A stretch of DNA of 64,000 bases from Eledone cirrhosa (lineage: Eukaryota), in NCBI GenBank assembly GCA_964016885.1, contig OZ024753.1:22444001-22508000 (forward strand), in the 5' to 3' direction. Both the position numbers and the translations under genes were made by a program. Numbering within the stretch: position 1 is the first letter of the stretch; each line of letters begins with the position of its first letter. The notes under the pieces were generated by a model that did no database searches, had not been told where the DNA came from, and saw nothing but the letters and a program-made list of their open reading frames with translations. Below are positions 22,701-37,700 of this stretch, in pieces.

Positions 22701-25700
22701 AGTACAGTACAGTATAACTCCCCTTTCTCGTACAGTATGGTACATCTCCCATTTCTAGTACAGTATGGTACATCTCCCATTTCTAGTACAGTATGGTATA
22801 TCTCCCATTTGTATACAGTACGGTATATCTCCCATTTCTAGTACCGTATGGTATATCTCCCATTTCTAGTACAGTGTGGTATATCTCCCATTTCTAGTAC
22901 AGTGAGGTATATCTCCTATTTCTAGTACAGTATGGTATATCTCCCATTTGTAGTACAGTATGGTATACCACCAATTTCTAGTACAGCAATGGTATACCTC
23001 CCATTTCTAGTAGAGTATGGTATATCTCCCATTTCTAGTAGAGTATGGTATATCTCCCATTTCTAGTACAGTGTGTTATATCAGCCATTTCTAGTTCATT
23101 ATGGGATATATCTCATTTCTAGTACAGTATAATATATATCCCATTTCTAGTACAGTATGGTATATCTCCCATTTCTAGAACAGTATGTTATATGTCCCAT
23201 TTCTTGTACAGTAATCTCATATCTCCATTTCTAGTACAGTAACGGTATATCCCCCATTTCTAGTACAGTATGGTATATTTCCCATTTCTAGTACAGCAAT
23301 GGTATATCTCCCATTTCTAGTACACTATGGTATATCTCCCATTTCTAGTACAGTATGGTATATCTCCCATTTTTAGTAGAGTAATGGCATATCTCCGTTT
23401 TCTAGTACAGTATAGAATACCTTCCATTTCAATTACAGTAATAGTATACCTCACATTCCCAGTACAGTATGGTATATCTCCCATTACTAGTAGAGTATGG
23501 CACACCTCCCATTTCTATTACAGTAATGGTATATCTTTCATTTCTAGTACAGTATGGTATACCTCCCATTTATCGTACAGTAATGGTATTTCTCCAATTT
23601 CTATTACAGTAATGGTATAACTCCCATTTCTAGTACAGTATGGTATATCTCCCATTTCTAGTAGAGTAATGGCATATCTCTCTTTTCTAGTACAGTATAG
23701 AATACCTTCCATTTCAATTACAGTAATAGTATACCTCACATTCCCAGTACAGTATGGTATATCTCCCATTACTAGTACAGTGTGGTATACCTCCCATTTG
23801 TTGTACAGTGTGATATATCTCCCATTTCTAGTACACTGTATTATATCAACCATTTCTAGTTCATTATGTTATATCTCCCATTTCTAGTGCCGTATGGTAT
23901 ATCTCCCATTTCTAGTACAGTAATGCTATATCTCCCATTTCTAGTACAGTAATGGTATATTTCCATTTCTAGTACCGTAATGGTATATCTCCCATTTCTA
24001 GTACAATATGGTATATCTCCCATCTCCACTACAGTACAGTATACCTCCCATTTCTAGTACAGTATGGTATATCTCCCATTTGTATACAGTACGGTATATC
24101 TCCCATTTCTAGTACCGTATGGTATATCTCCCATTTCTAGTACAGTGTGGTATATCTCCCATTTCTAGTACAGTGAGGTATATCTCCTATTTCTAGTACA
24201 GTATGGTATATCTCCCATTTGTAGTACAGTATGGTATACCACCAATTTCTAGTACAATGTCGTATATCTGCCATTCCTAGTACAATATGGTATATCATCC
24301 ATTTCTTGTACAGTGTGGTATATCTCCCATTTCCATACAGTATTTTACATCTCCAATTTCTAGTATAGTAATGTTATATCCCCCATTTCTAGTACAGTAT
24401 CGTATATCTTCCATTTCTAGTAGAGTAATTGTATACCTCCCATTTCTATTACAGCATGGTATACCTTCCATTTCTAGTACAGTATGGTATATCTTCCATT
24501 TCTAGTACAGCAATGGTATATCTCCCATTTCTAGTACAGTGTGTTATATCATCCATTTCTAGTTCATTATTGTATATCTCCCATTTCTAGTACAATAAGG
24601 TTTATATCCCATTTCTAGTACCGTATGGTATATCTCCCATTTCTAGTACAGTGTGGTATATCTCCAATTTCTAGTACAGTAATGGTATATCTCCCATTTC
24701 TTGTACAGTGTGGTATATTTTCAATGTCAAGTATAATATGGTATATCTCCCATTTCTAGTAGAGTATGGTATATCTCCCATTTCTAGTACAATATGGTAT
24801 ATTTCCCATTTCTATACAGAATTGTATATCTCCTATTTCTAGTACAGTAAGGTATATCTCCAATTTCTAGTACAGTGTGGTATATCTCCCATTTCTAGTA
24901 CAGTAAGCTATACCTACCAATTCTAGTACAGTATGGTATACCTTCCATTTCTAGTACAGTAATAGTATACCTCCCATTCCCAGTACAGTATCGTATATCC
25001 CCCATTTCTAGTATAGTATGGTGTATCTCCCATTTCTAGTACAGTAATAGTATATCTTCCATTTCAAGTACAGTATGGAATATCTCAAATTTCTAGTACA
25101 GCAATGGTATACCTCCCATTTCTAGTAGAGTATGGTATATCTCCCATTTCTAGTAGAGTATGGTATATCTCCCATTTCTAGTAGAGTATGGTATATCTCC
25201 CATTTCTAGTACAGTGTGTTATATCAGCATTTCTAGTTCATTATAGGATATATCTCATTTCTAGTACAGTATGGTATATATCCCATTTCTAGAACAGTAT
25301 GGTATATCTCCCATTTCTAGAACAGTATGGTATATGTCCCATTTCTTGTACAGTAATCTCATATCTCCATTTCTAGTACAGTAATGGTATATCTCCCATT
25401 TCTAGTACAGTATGGTATATCTCCCATTTGTATACAGTATGATATATCTCCCATTTCTAGTACAGTATGGTATATTTCCCATTTCTAGTACAGCAATGGT
25501 ATATCTCCCATTTCTAGTATACTATGGTATATCTCCCATTTCTAGTACAGTAATGGTATATCTCCCATTTCTAGTACCATATGGTATATCTCCCATTTCT
25601 AGTACAGTATGGTATATCACCAATTTCTAGTACAGTGACGTATATCTCCCATTTCTAGTATAATATGTTATATTTCCCATTTGTAGTACAGTATGGTATA

Positions 25701-28700
25701 TCTCCCATTTCTCGTACAGTATGGTATATCTCCCATTTCTAGTACACTATGGTATATCTCCCATTTCTAGTACAGTAATTGTATATCTCCCATTTCTAGT
25801 ACCATATGGTATATCTCCCATTTCTAGTACAGTAATAGTATACCTCCCATTCCCAGTACAGTATGGTATATCCCCCATTTCTAGTATAGTATGGTGTATC
25901 TCCCATTTCTAGTACAGTAATGGTATATCTTCCATTTCAAGTACAGTATGGAATATCTCCAATTTCTAGTACAGCAATGGTATACCTCCCATTTCTAGTA
26001 GAGTATGGTATATCTCCCATTTCTAGTAGAGCAATGGTATACCTCCCATTTCTAGTAGAGTATGGTATATCTCCCATTTCTAGTAGAGTATGGTATATCT
26101 CCCATTTCTAGTAGTGTATGGTATATCTCACATTTCTAGTACAGTGTGTTATATCAGCCATTTATAGTTCATTATGGGATATATCTCATTTCTAGTACAG
26201 TATGGTATATATCCCATTTCTAGTACAGTATGGTATATCTCCCATTTCTAGAACAGTATGGTATATGTCCCATTTCTTGTACAGTAATCTCATATCTCCA
26301 TTTCTAGTACAGTAATGGTATATCTCCCATTTCTAGTACAGTATGGTATATCTCCCATTTGTATACAGTATGGTATATCTCCCATTTCTAGTACAGTATG
26401 GTATATCTCCCATTTCTAGTACAGCAATGGTATATCTCCCATTTCTAGTACACTATGGTATATCTCCCATTTCTAGTATAGTAATGGTATATCTCCCATT
26501 TCTAGTACCATATGGTATATCTCCCATTTCTAGTACAGTATGGTATATCTCCAATTTCTAGTACAGTGAGGTATATCTCCCATTTCTAGTATAATATGTT
26601 ATGTTTCCCATTTGTAGTACAGTATGGTATATCTCCCATTTCTCGTACAGTATAGTATATCTCCCATTTCCAGTAGAGTAATGGCTTATCTCCCATTTCT
26701 AGTACAATACGGTATACCTCCCATTTCTAGTACAGTATGGTATTCCTTCCATTTCTAGTACAGTATGGTATATCTCCCATTTCTAGTACAGTAATTGTAT
26801 ATCTCCCATTTCTACTACACTATGGAATATCTCCCCTTTCTAGTACAGTATTGGTATACCTCCCATTTCTAGTAAAGTATGGTATATCTCCCATTTCTAG
26901 TACAGTGTGGTATATCTACCATTTCTAGTACAGTATGGTATATCACCCCTTTTTAGTTCATTATGGTATATCGCCCATTTCTAGTACAGAATGGTATACC
27001 TCCCATTTCTAGTACAATATGGTATTTTCTCCCATTTCTAATACAGTGTGTTATATCACCCATTTCTAGTTCATTATGGTATATCTTCATATCTAGTACA
27101 GTGTGGTAAATCTCCCATTTCTAGTACAGTATGTTATATCTCCAATTTCTAGTACAGTAATGGTATATCTCCCATTTCTAATACAGCAATTGTTTATCTC
27201 CCATTTCTAGTACAGTATGGTATATCTCCCATTTGTAGTACAGTAAGGTAAACCTCCCATTTCTAGTACAGTGTGGTATATCTCCCATTTATAGTACAGT
27301 ATGGTATATCACCCATTTCTAGTACATTATGGTATATCTCCCATTTCTAGTACAGAATGGTATACCTCCTATTTCTAGTACAGTATGGTATATCTCCCAT
27401 TTCTAGTACAGTAATGGTATATCTCCCATTTCTAGTGCCGTCTGGTATATCTCCGATTTCTAGTACAGTGTGGTATACCTCCCATTGCTAGTACAGTGTG
27501 GTATATCTCACATTTCTACTATAGTAATGGTATACCTCCCATTTCTAGTACAGTATGGTATATCTCCCATTTCTATACAGTATATTATATCTCCTATTTA
27601 TGTACAGTATGTGTATATCTCACATTTCTAGTATAGTAATGTTATATCCCCCATGTCTAGTACAGTATGGTATATCTCCCATTTCTAGTAGAGTTATTGT
27701 ATACCTCCCATTTCTAGTACAGTATGGTATATTTCCCATTTCTAGTACAGTATGGAATATCTTCCATTGCTAGTACAGTAATGGTATACCTCCCATGACT
27801 AGTACAGTATGGTGTATCTCCCATTTCTAGTACAGTGTGTTACATCACACATTTCTAGTTCCTTATGGTATATCTCCCATTTCTAGTACAATATGGTATA
27901 TATCCCATTTCTAGTACAGTATGGTAAATCTCCCATTTCTAGTACCGTATGGTATATCTCCCATTTCTAGTACAGTGTGGTATATCTCCCATTTCTAGTA
28001 CAGTATGTTTTATCTCCCATTTCTAGTACAGTAATGGTATATCTCCCATTTCTAGAATAGTATGGTATATCTACTACTTCTAGTATAGTAATGGTATATC
28101 TTTCATTTCTAGTACAGTAAGGTATACCTACCATTTGTAGTACAGTATGGTATGCCCACCATTTCTAGTACAGTAATAGTATACCTCCCATTCCCAGTAC
28201 AGTATGGTATATCTTCCAATTCTTGTACAGTATGTTGTATCTCCCATTTCTAGTACAGTAATGGTATATCTCCCATTTCTAGACAGTATGGTATATCTCC
28301 CATTTCTAGTACAGTGTGTTATATCAGCCATATCTAGTTCATTATGGGATATATCTCATTTTTAGTACAGTATGGTATACCTCCCATTTCTAGTACAGTA
28401 ATGGTATACCTCCCATTTCATGTACAGTATGGTACATCTCCCATTTCTAGTACAGTATGGTATATCTCCCATTTGTATACAGTATGGTATATCTCCCATT
28501 TCTAGTACAGTATGGTATATCTCCCATTTCTAGTACAGCAATGGTATATCTCCCATTTCTATTACACTATGTTATATCTCCCATTTCTAGTACAGTAATG
28601 GCATATCTCCCATTTCTAGTACCGTATGGTATATCTCCCATTTCTAGTACAGTATGGTATATCTCCCATTTCTTGTAGAGTAATGGCATATCTCCCATTT

Positions 28701-31700
28701 ATAGTACAGTACGGTATATCTCCCATTTCTAGTACAGTATGGTATTCCTTCTATTTCTAGCACAGTATGGTATATCTCCCATTACTAGTACAGTAATGGT
28801 ATATCTCCCATTTCTAGTACAGTATGGAATATCTCCCCTTTCTAGTACAGTATTGGTATACCTCCCATTTATAGTACAGTATGGTATATCTCCCATTTAT
28901 AGTACAGTGTAGTATATCTAACATTTCTAGTACAGTATGCTACATCCCCCATTTATAGTTCATTATGGTATATCTCCCATTTGTAGTACACAATGGTATA
29001 CCTCCCATTTCTATTACAGTGAGGTATATCTCCCATTTCTAGTACAGTATGGTATATCTCCCATTTGTAGTACAGTATGGTATACTTCTCATTTGCAGTA
29101 CAGTATGGTTTATCTCCCATTTCTACTACTGTAATGGTATATCTCCCATTTCTAGAATAGTATGGTATATCTACTATTTCTAGTATAGTAATGGTATATC
29201 TTTCATTTCTAGTACAGTAAGGTATACCTACCATTTCTAGTACAGTATGGTATACCCTCCATTTCTAGTATAGTAATAGTATACCTCCCATTCCCAGTAC
29301 AGTATGGTATATCTCCCATTTCTAGTACAGTATGTTGTATCTCCCATTTCTAGTACAGTAATGGTATATCTCCCATTTCTAATACAGTATGGAATATCTC
29401 CCATTTCAAGTACAGCAATGGTATACCTCCCATTTCTAGTACAGTAATGGTATATCTCCCATTTCTAGTAGAGTATGGTATATCTCCAATTTCTAGTACA
29501 GTGTGTTATATCAGCCATTTCTCGTTCATTATGGGATATATCTCATTTTTAGTACAGCATGGTATATCTCCCATTTCTAGAACAGTATGGTATACCTCCC
29601 ATTTCTAGTACAGTAATGGTATACCAACCATTTCTTGTACAGAAATTGTATATCTCCCATTTCTAGTAGAGTATGGTATATCTCCCATCTCTAGTACAGT
29701 ACAGTATACCTCCCATTTCTAGTACAGTATGGTACATCTCCCATTTCTAGTACAGTATGGTATATCTCCCATTTGTATACAGTATCGTATATCTCCCATT
29801 TCTAGTACAGTATGGTATATCTCCCATTTCTAGTACAGCAATGTTATATATCCCATTTCTAGTACACTATGGTATATCTCCCATTTCTAGTACAGTAATG
29901 GCATATCTCCCATTTCTAGTACCGTATGGTATTTCTCCCATTTCTAGTACAGTATGGTATATCTCCCATTTCTCGTACAGTATGGTATATCTCCCATTTC
30001 TAGTAGAGTAATGGCATATCTCCAATTTCTAGTACAGTACGGTATATCTCCCATTTCTAGTACAGTATGGTATTTCTTCTATTTCAATAGAGTATGGTAT
30101 AACTCCCATTTCTAGTACAGTAATGGTATATCTCCAATTTCTAGTACAGTATTGGTATACCTCCCATTTATAGTACAGTATGGTATATCTCCCATTTCTA
30201 GTACACAATGGTATACCTCCCATTTCTATTACAGTGAGGTATATCTCCCATTTCTAGTACAGTATGGTATATCTCCCATTTGTAGTACAGTATGGTATAC
30301 TTACCATTTTAGTACAGTATGGTATACCACCCATTTCTAGTACAGTGTGGCATATCTGCCATTCCTAGTACAGTATGATATATCATCCATTTCTAGTACA
30401 GTAATGTTATATCTCTCATTTCTAGTACAGTGTGGTATATCTCACATTTCTAGTATAGTAATGGTATACCTCCCATTTCTAGTACAGTATGGTATATCTC
30501 CCATTTCTATACAGTATATTATATCTCCTATTTCTAGTACAGTATGTGTATATCTCCCATTTCTAGTATAGTAATGTTATATCCCCCATTTCTAGTACAG
30601 TATAGTATATCTCCCATTTCTAGTAGTGTAATTGTATACCTCCCATTTTTAGTACAGTATGTTATACCTCACATTTCTAGTACAGTATGGTATATCTCCA
30701 ATTTCTAGTACAGTGACGTATATCTCCCATTTCTAGTATAATATGTTATATTTCCCATTTGTAGTACAGTATGGTATATCTCCCATTTCTCGTACAGTAT
30801 GGTATATCTCCCATTTCTAGTACACTATGGTATATCTCCCATTTCCAGTACAGTAATGGTATATCTCCCATTTCTAGTACCATATGGTATATCTCCCATT
30901 TCTAGTACAGTAATAATATACCTCCCATTCCCAGTACAGTATGGTATATCCCCCATTTCTAGTATAGTATGGTGTATCTCCCATTTCTAGTACAGTAATG
31001 GTATATCTTCCATTTCAAGTACAGTATAGAATATCTCCAATTTATAGTACAGCAATGGTATATCTCCCATGTCTAGTAGAGTATGGTATATCTCCCATTT
31101 CTAGTACAGTGTGTTATATCAGCCATTTCTAGTTCATTATGGGATATATCTCATTTCTAGTACAGTATGGTATATATCCCATTTCTAGTACAGTATGGTA
31201 TATCTCCCATTTCTAGAACAGTATGGTATATGTCCCATTTCTTGTACAGTAATCTCATATCTCCATTTCTAGTACAGTAATGGTATATCTCCCATTTCTA
31301 GTACAGCAATGGTATATGTCCCATTTCTAGTACACTATGATATATCTCCCATTTCTAGTACAGTAATGGTATATCTCCCATTTCTAGTAGCATATGGTAT
31401 ATCTCCCATTTCTAGTACAGTATGGTATATCTCCAATTTCTAGTACAGTAATGGTATATCTCCCATTTCTAGTATAATATGTTATGTTTCCCATTTGTAG
31501 TACAGAATGGCATATCTCCTAATTCTCGTACAGTATGGTATATCTCCCATTTCCAGTAGAGTAATGGCATATCTCCCATTTCTAGTACAATAAGGTATAC
31601 CTCCTATTTCTAGTACAGTAATGGTATATCTCCCATTTCTAGTACACTATGGAATATCTCCCCTTTCTAGTACAGTATTGGTATACCTCCCATTTCTAGT

Positions 31701-34700
31701 AAAGTATGGTATATCTCCCATTTCTAGTACAGTGTGGTATATCTACCATTTCTAGTACAGTATGGTATATCACCCCTTTTTAGTTTATTATGGTATATCT
31801 CCCATTTCTAGTACAGAATGTTATACCTCCCATTTCTAGTACAATATGGTATTTTCTCCCATTTCTAATACAGTGTGTTATATCACCCATTTCTAGTTCA
31901 TTACGGTATATCTCCATATCTAGTACAGTGTGGTATATCTCCCATTTCTAGTACAGTATGTTATATCTCCAATTTCTAGTACAGTAATGGTATATCTCCC
32001 ATTTCTAATACAGCAATTGTTTATCTCCCATGTCTAGTACAGTGAGGTATATCTCCCATTTCTAGTACAGTATGGTATATCTCCCATTTGTAGTACAGTA
32101 TGATAAACCTCCCATTTCTAGTACAGTGTGGTATATCTGCCATTTCTAGTACATTATGGTATATCATCCATTTGTAGTACAGTAATAGTATATCTCCCAT
32201 TTCTAGTACAGTGTGGTATATCTCCCATTTATAGTACAGTATGGTATATCACCCATTTCTAGTTCATTATGGTATATCTCCCACTTCTAGTACAGAATGG
32301 TATACCTCCCATTTCTAGTACAGTGTGGTATATCTCCCATTTCTAGTACAGTGAGGTATATCTCCCATCTCTAGTACAGTATGGGATATCTCCCATTTGT
32401 AGTACAGTATGGTATACTTCCCATTTGTATTACAGTATGTTATACCACCCATTTCTAGTACAGTGTGGTATATCTGCCATTCCTAGTACAGTATGGTATA
32501 TCATCCATGTCTAGTACAGTAATGGTATATCTCCCATTGCTAGTACAGTGTGGTATATCTCACATTTCTACTATAGTAATGGTATACCTCCCATTTCTAG
32601 TACAGCATGGTATATCTCCCATTTCTATACAGTATATTATATCTCCTATTTCTAGTACAGTATGTGTATATCTCCCATTTCTAGTATAGTAATGTTATAT
32701 CCCCCATTTCTAGTACAGTATGGTATATCTCCCATTTCTAGTAGATTTATTGTATACCTCCCATTTCTAGTACAGTATGGTATATTTCCCACTTCTAGTA
32801 CAGTATGGAATATCTTCCATTGCTAGTACAGTAATGGTATACCTCCCATGACTAGAACAGTATGGTATAGCTCCCAGTTCTAGTACAGTGTGTTACATCA
32901 CCCATTTCTAGTTCCTTATGGTATATCTCCCATTTCTAGTACAATATGGTATATATCGCATTTCTAGTACAGTATGGTAAATCTCCCATTTCTAGTACCG
33001 TATGGTATATCTCCCATTTCCAGTACAGTGTGGTATATCTCCCATTTCTAGTACAGTAATGGTATATCGCCCATTTCTAGTACAGTAATGGTATATCTCA
33101 CATTTCTAATACCGTAATGCCATATCTCCTATTTCTAGTACAGTATGGTATATCTACCATTTCTAGTACAGTAATGGTTCATCTCCCATTTCTAGTATAG
33201 TAATGGTATATCTCACATTTCTAGTACAGTATAATATATCTCCCGTTTCTAGTACAGTACGGTATATCTCCCATTTCTAGTACAGTATGGTATATCTCCC
33301 ATTTCTAGTACAGTATGGTATATCTCCCCTTTCTAGTATAGTAATCGTATATCTCCCATTTCTAGTACAGTATGGTATATCTACCATTTCTAGTATAGTA
33401 ATGGTCTATCTCCCATCTCTAGTACAGTAATCTATACCTACCATTTCTAGTACAGTATGGTATACTTTCCATTTCTAGTACAGTAATAGTATACCCCCCA
33501 TTCCCCGTAGTGTATGGTATATCTCCCATTTCTAGTACAGTATGGTGTATCTCCCATTTCTAGTACAGTAATTGTATATCTCCCATTTCTAGTAAAGTAT
33601 GGAATATCTCCCATTTCTAGAACAACAATGGTATACCTCCCATTTCTAGTACAGTAATGGTATATCTCGTATTTCTAGTACAGTATGGCATATCTCCCAT
33701 TTCTAGTACAGTTTTATATCAGCCATTTCTAGTTCACTATGTGATATATCCCATTTCTAGTACAGTATGGTATATATCCCACTTCTAGTATAGTATGGTA
33801 TATCTCCCATTTCTAGTACAATAATGGTATACCTCCCATTTCTAGTACGGTAATGGTATTTCTTCCATTTCAAGTACAGTGAGGTATATCACCCATTTCT
33901 CGTATAATATGTTATATTTCCCTTTTGTAGTACAGTATGGTATATCTCCCATTTCTCGTACAGTTCCGTATACCTCCCATTTCTAGTACAATATGGTATT
34001 CCTTCCATTTCTAGTTCAGTATCGTATATCTGCCATTTCTAGTACAGTAATGGTATATCCCCCATTTCTACTACAGTATGGAATATCTCCCCTTTCTACT
34101 ACAGTATTGGTATACCTCCCATTTCTAGTACAGTATGGTATATGTCCCATCTCTAGTACAGTGTGGTATATCTACCATTTCTAGTACAGTATGGTATATC
34201 AACCATTTCTAGTTCATTATGGTATATCTCCCATTTATAGTACCGAATGGTATACCTCCCATTTCTAGTACAGCATGATATATCTCCCATTTCTAGTACA
34301 GTGTGTTATATCACCCATTTCTAGTTCATTATGGTATATCTCCCATTTCTAGTACAGTAATTGTTTATCTCCCATTTCTATTACAGTGAGGTTTATCTCC
34401 CATTTCTAGTACAGTATGGTGTATCTCCCATTTGTAGTACAGTATGGTATATCTGCATTTTCTAGTACAGTATGGTATATCATCCATTTCTAGTACAGTA
34501 ATAGTATATCTCCCATTTCTAGTACTGTGTGGTTTACCTCCCATTTCTATTCAGTATTTTATATCTCCTATTTCTAGTACAGTATGGTATATCTCCCATT
34601 TCTAGTACCGTAATGGTATATCCCCCATTTCTAGTATATTAATGGTATATCTCCCATTTCTAGTACAGTTATGGTATACCTCCCATTTCTAGTAGAGTAT

Positions 34701-37700
34701 GGTATACCTCCCATTTCTAGTACAGTAATAGTATACCTCCCATTTCTAGTACAGTAATGGTATATCTTCCATTTCTAGTACAGTGTGGAATATCTCGTAT
34801 TTCTAGTACAGTATGGTATATCTCCCATTTCTAGTAGAATAATTGTATACCTCCCATTTCTAGTACAGGATGGTATACCTCCCATTTCTAGTACAGTATT
34901 GTATATCTCCCATTTATAGTACAGCAATGGTATATCTTCCATTTCTAGTACAGTATGGTATACCTCCCATTTCTAGTACAGTAATAGTATACCTACCAGT
35001 TCTAATACAATATGGTATATCTCCCATTTCTCGTACAGTATGGTATATCTCCCATTTCTAGTACACTATGGTATATCTCCCATTTCCAGTACAGTAATGG
35101 TATATCTCCCATTTCTAGTACCATATGGTATATCTCCCATTTCTAGTACAGTAATAATATACCTCCCATTCCCAGTACAGTATGGTATATCCCCCATTTC
35201 TAGTATAGTATGGTGTATCTCCCATTTCTAGTACAGTAATGGTATATCTTCCATTTTAAGTACAGTATGGAATATCTCCAATTTATAGTACAGCAATGGT
35301 ATATCTCCCATGTCTAGTAGAGTATGGTATATCTCCCATTTCTAGTACAGTGTGTTATATCAGCCATTTCTAGTTCATTATGGGATATATCTCATTTCTA
35401 GTACAGTATGGTATATATCCCATTTCTAGTACAGTATGTTATATCTCCCATTTCTAGAACAGTATGGTATATGTCCCATTTCTTGTACAGTAATCTCATA
35501 TCTCCATTTCTAGTACAGTAATGGTATATCTCCCATTTCTAGTACAGCAATGGTATATGTCCCATTTCTAGTACACTATGGTATATCTCCCATTTCTAGT
35601 ACAGTAATGGTATATCTCCCATTTCTAGTACCATATGGTATATCTCCCATTTCTAGTACAGTATGGTATATCTCCAATTTCTAGTACAGTAATGGTATAT
35701 CTCCCATTTCTAGTATAATATGTTATGTTTCCCATTTGTAGTACAGAATGGCATATCTCCTATTTCTCGTACAGTATGGTATATCTTCCATTTCCAGTAG
35801 AGTAATGGCATATCTCCCATTTCTAGTACAATAAGGTATACCTCCTATTTCTAGTACAGTATGGTATTCCTTCCATTTCTAGTACAGTATGGTATATCTC
35901 CCATTTCTAGTACAGTAATGGTATATCTCCCATTTCTAGTACACTATGGAATATCTCCCCTTTCTAGTACAGTATTGGTATACCTCCCATTTCTAGTAAA
36001 GTATGGTATATCTCCCATTTCTAGTACAGTGTGGTATATCTACCATTTCTAGTACAGTATGGTATATCACCCCTTTTTAGTTTATTATGGTATATCTCCC
36101 ATTTCTAGTACAGAATTTTATACCTCCCATTTCTAGTACAATATGGTATTTTCTCCCATTTCTAATACAGTGTGTTATATCACCCATTTCTAGTTCATTA
36201 CGGTATATCTCCATATCTAGTACAGTGTGGTATATCTCCCATTTCTAGTACAGTATGTTATATCTCCCATTTCTAGTACAGAAATGGTATATCTCCCATT
36301 TCTAATACAGCAATTGTTTATCTCCCATTTCTAGTACAGTGAGGTATATCTCCCATTTCTAGTACAGTATGGTATATCTCCCATTTGTAGTACAGTATGA
36401 TAAACCTCCCATTTCTAGTACAGTGTGGTATATCTGCCATTTCTAGTACATTATGGTATATCATCCATTTGTAGTACAGTAATAGTATATCTCCCATTTC
36501 TAGTACAGTGTGGTATATCTCCCATTTATAGTACAGTATGGTATATCACCCATTTCTAGTTCATTGTGGTATATCTCCCACTTCTAGTACAGAATGGTAT
36601 ACCTCCCATTTCTAGTACAGTGTGGTATATCTCCCATTTCTAGTACAGTGAGGTATATCTCCCATTTCTAGTACAGTATGGGATATCTCCCATTTGTAGT
36701 ACAGTATGGTATACTTCCCATTTGTAGTACAGTATGTTATACCACCCATTTCTAGTACAGTGTGGTATATCTGCCATTCCTAGTACAGTATGGTATATCA
36801 TCCATTTCTAGTACAGTAATGGTATAACTCCCATTGCTAGTACAGTGTGGTATATCTCACATTTCTACTATAGTAATGGTATACCTCCCATTTCTAGTAC
36901 AGCATGGTATATCTCCCATTTCTATACAGTATATTATATCTCCTATTTCTCGTACAGTATGTGTATATCTCCCATTTCTAGTATAGTAATGTTATATCCC
37001 CCATTTCTAGTACAGTATGGTATATCTCCCATTTCTAGTAGATTTATTTTATACCTCCCATTTCTAGTACAGTATGGTATATTTCCCATTTCTAGTACAG
37101 TATGGAATATCTTCCATTGCTAGTACAGTAATGGTATACCTCCCATGACTAGAACAGTATGGTATAGTTCCCAGTTCTAGTACAGTGTGTTACATCACCC
37201 ATTTCTAGTTCCTTATGGTATATCTCCCATTTCTAGTACAATATGGTATATATCGCATTTCTAGTACAGTATGGTAAATCTCCCATTTCTAGTACCGTAT
37301 GGTATATCTCCCATTTCCAGTACAGTGTGGTATATCTCCCATTTCTAGTACAGTATGGTTTATCTCCCATTTCTAGTACAGTAATGGGATATCTCCCATT
37401 TCTAGAATAGTATGGTATATCTACTACTTCTAGTATAGTAATGGTATGTCTTTCATTTCTAGTACAGTAAGGTATACCTACCATTTCTAGTACAGTAATA
37501 GTATACCTCCCATTCCCAGTACAGTATGGTATATCTCCCATTTCTAGTACAGTATGTTGTATCTCCCATTTCTAGTACAGTAATGGTATATCTCCCATTT
37601 CTAGTACAGTATGGAATATCTCCCATTTCTAGTACAGCAATGGTATACCTCCCATTTCTAGTACAGTAATGGTATATATCCCATTTCTAGTACAGTATGG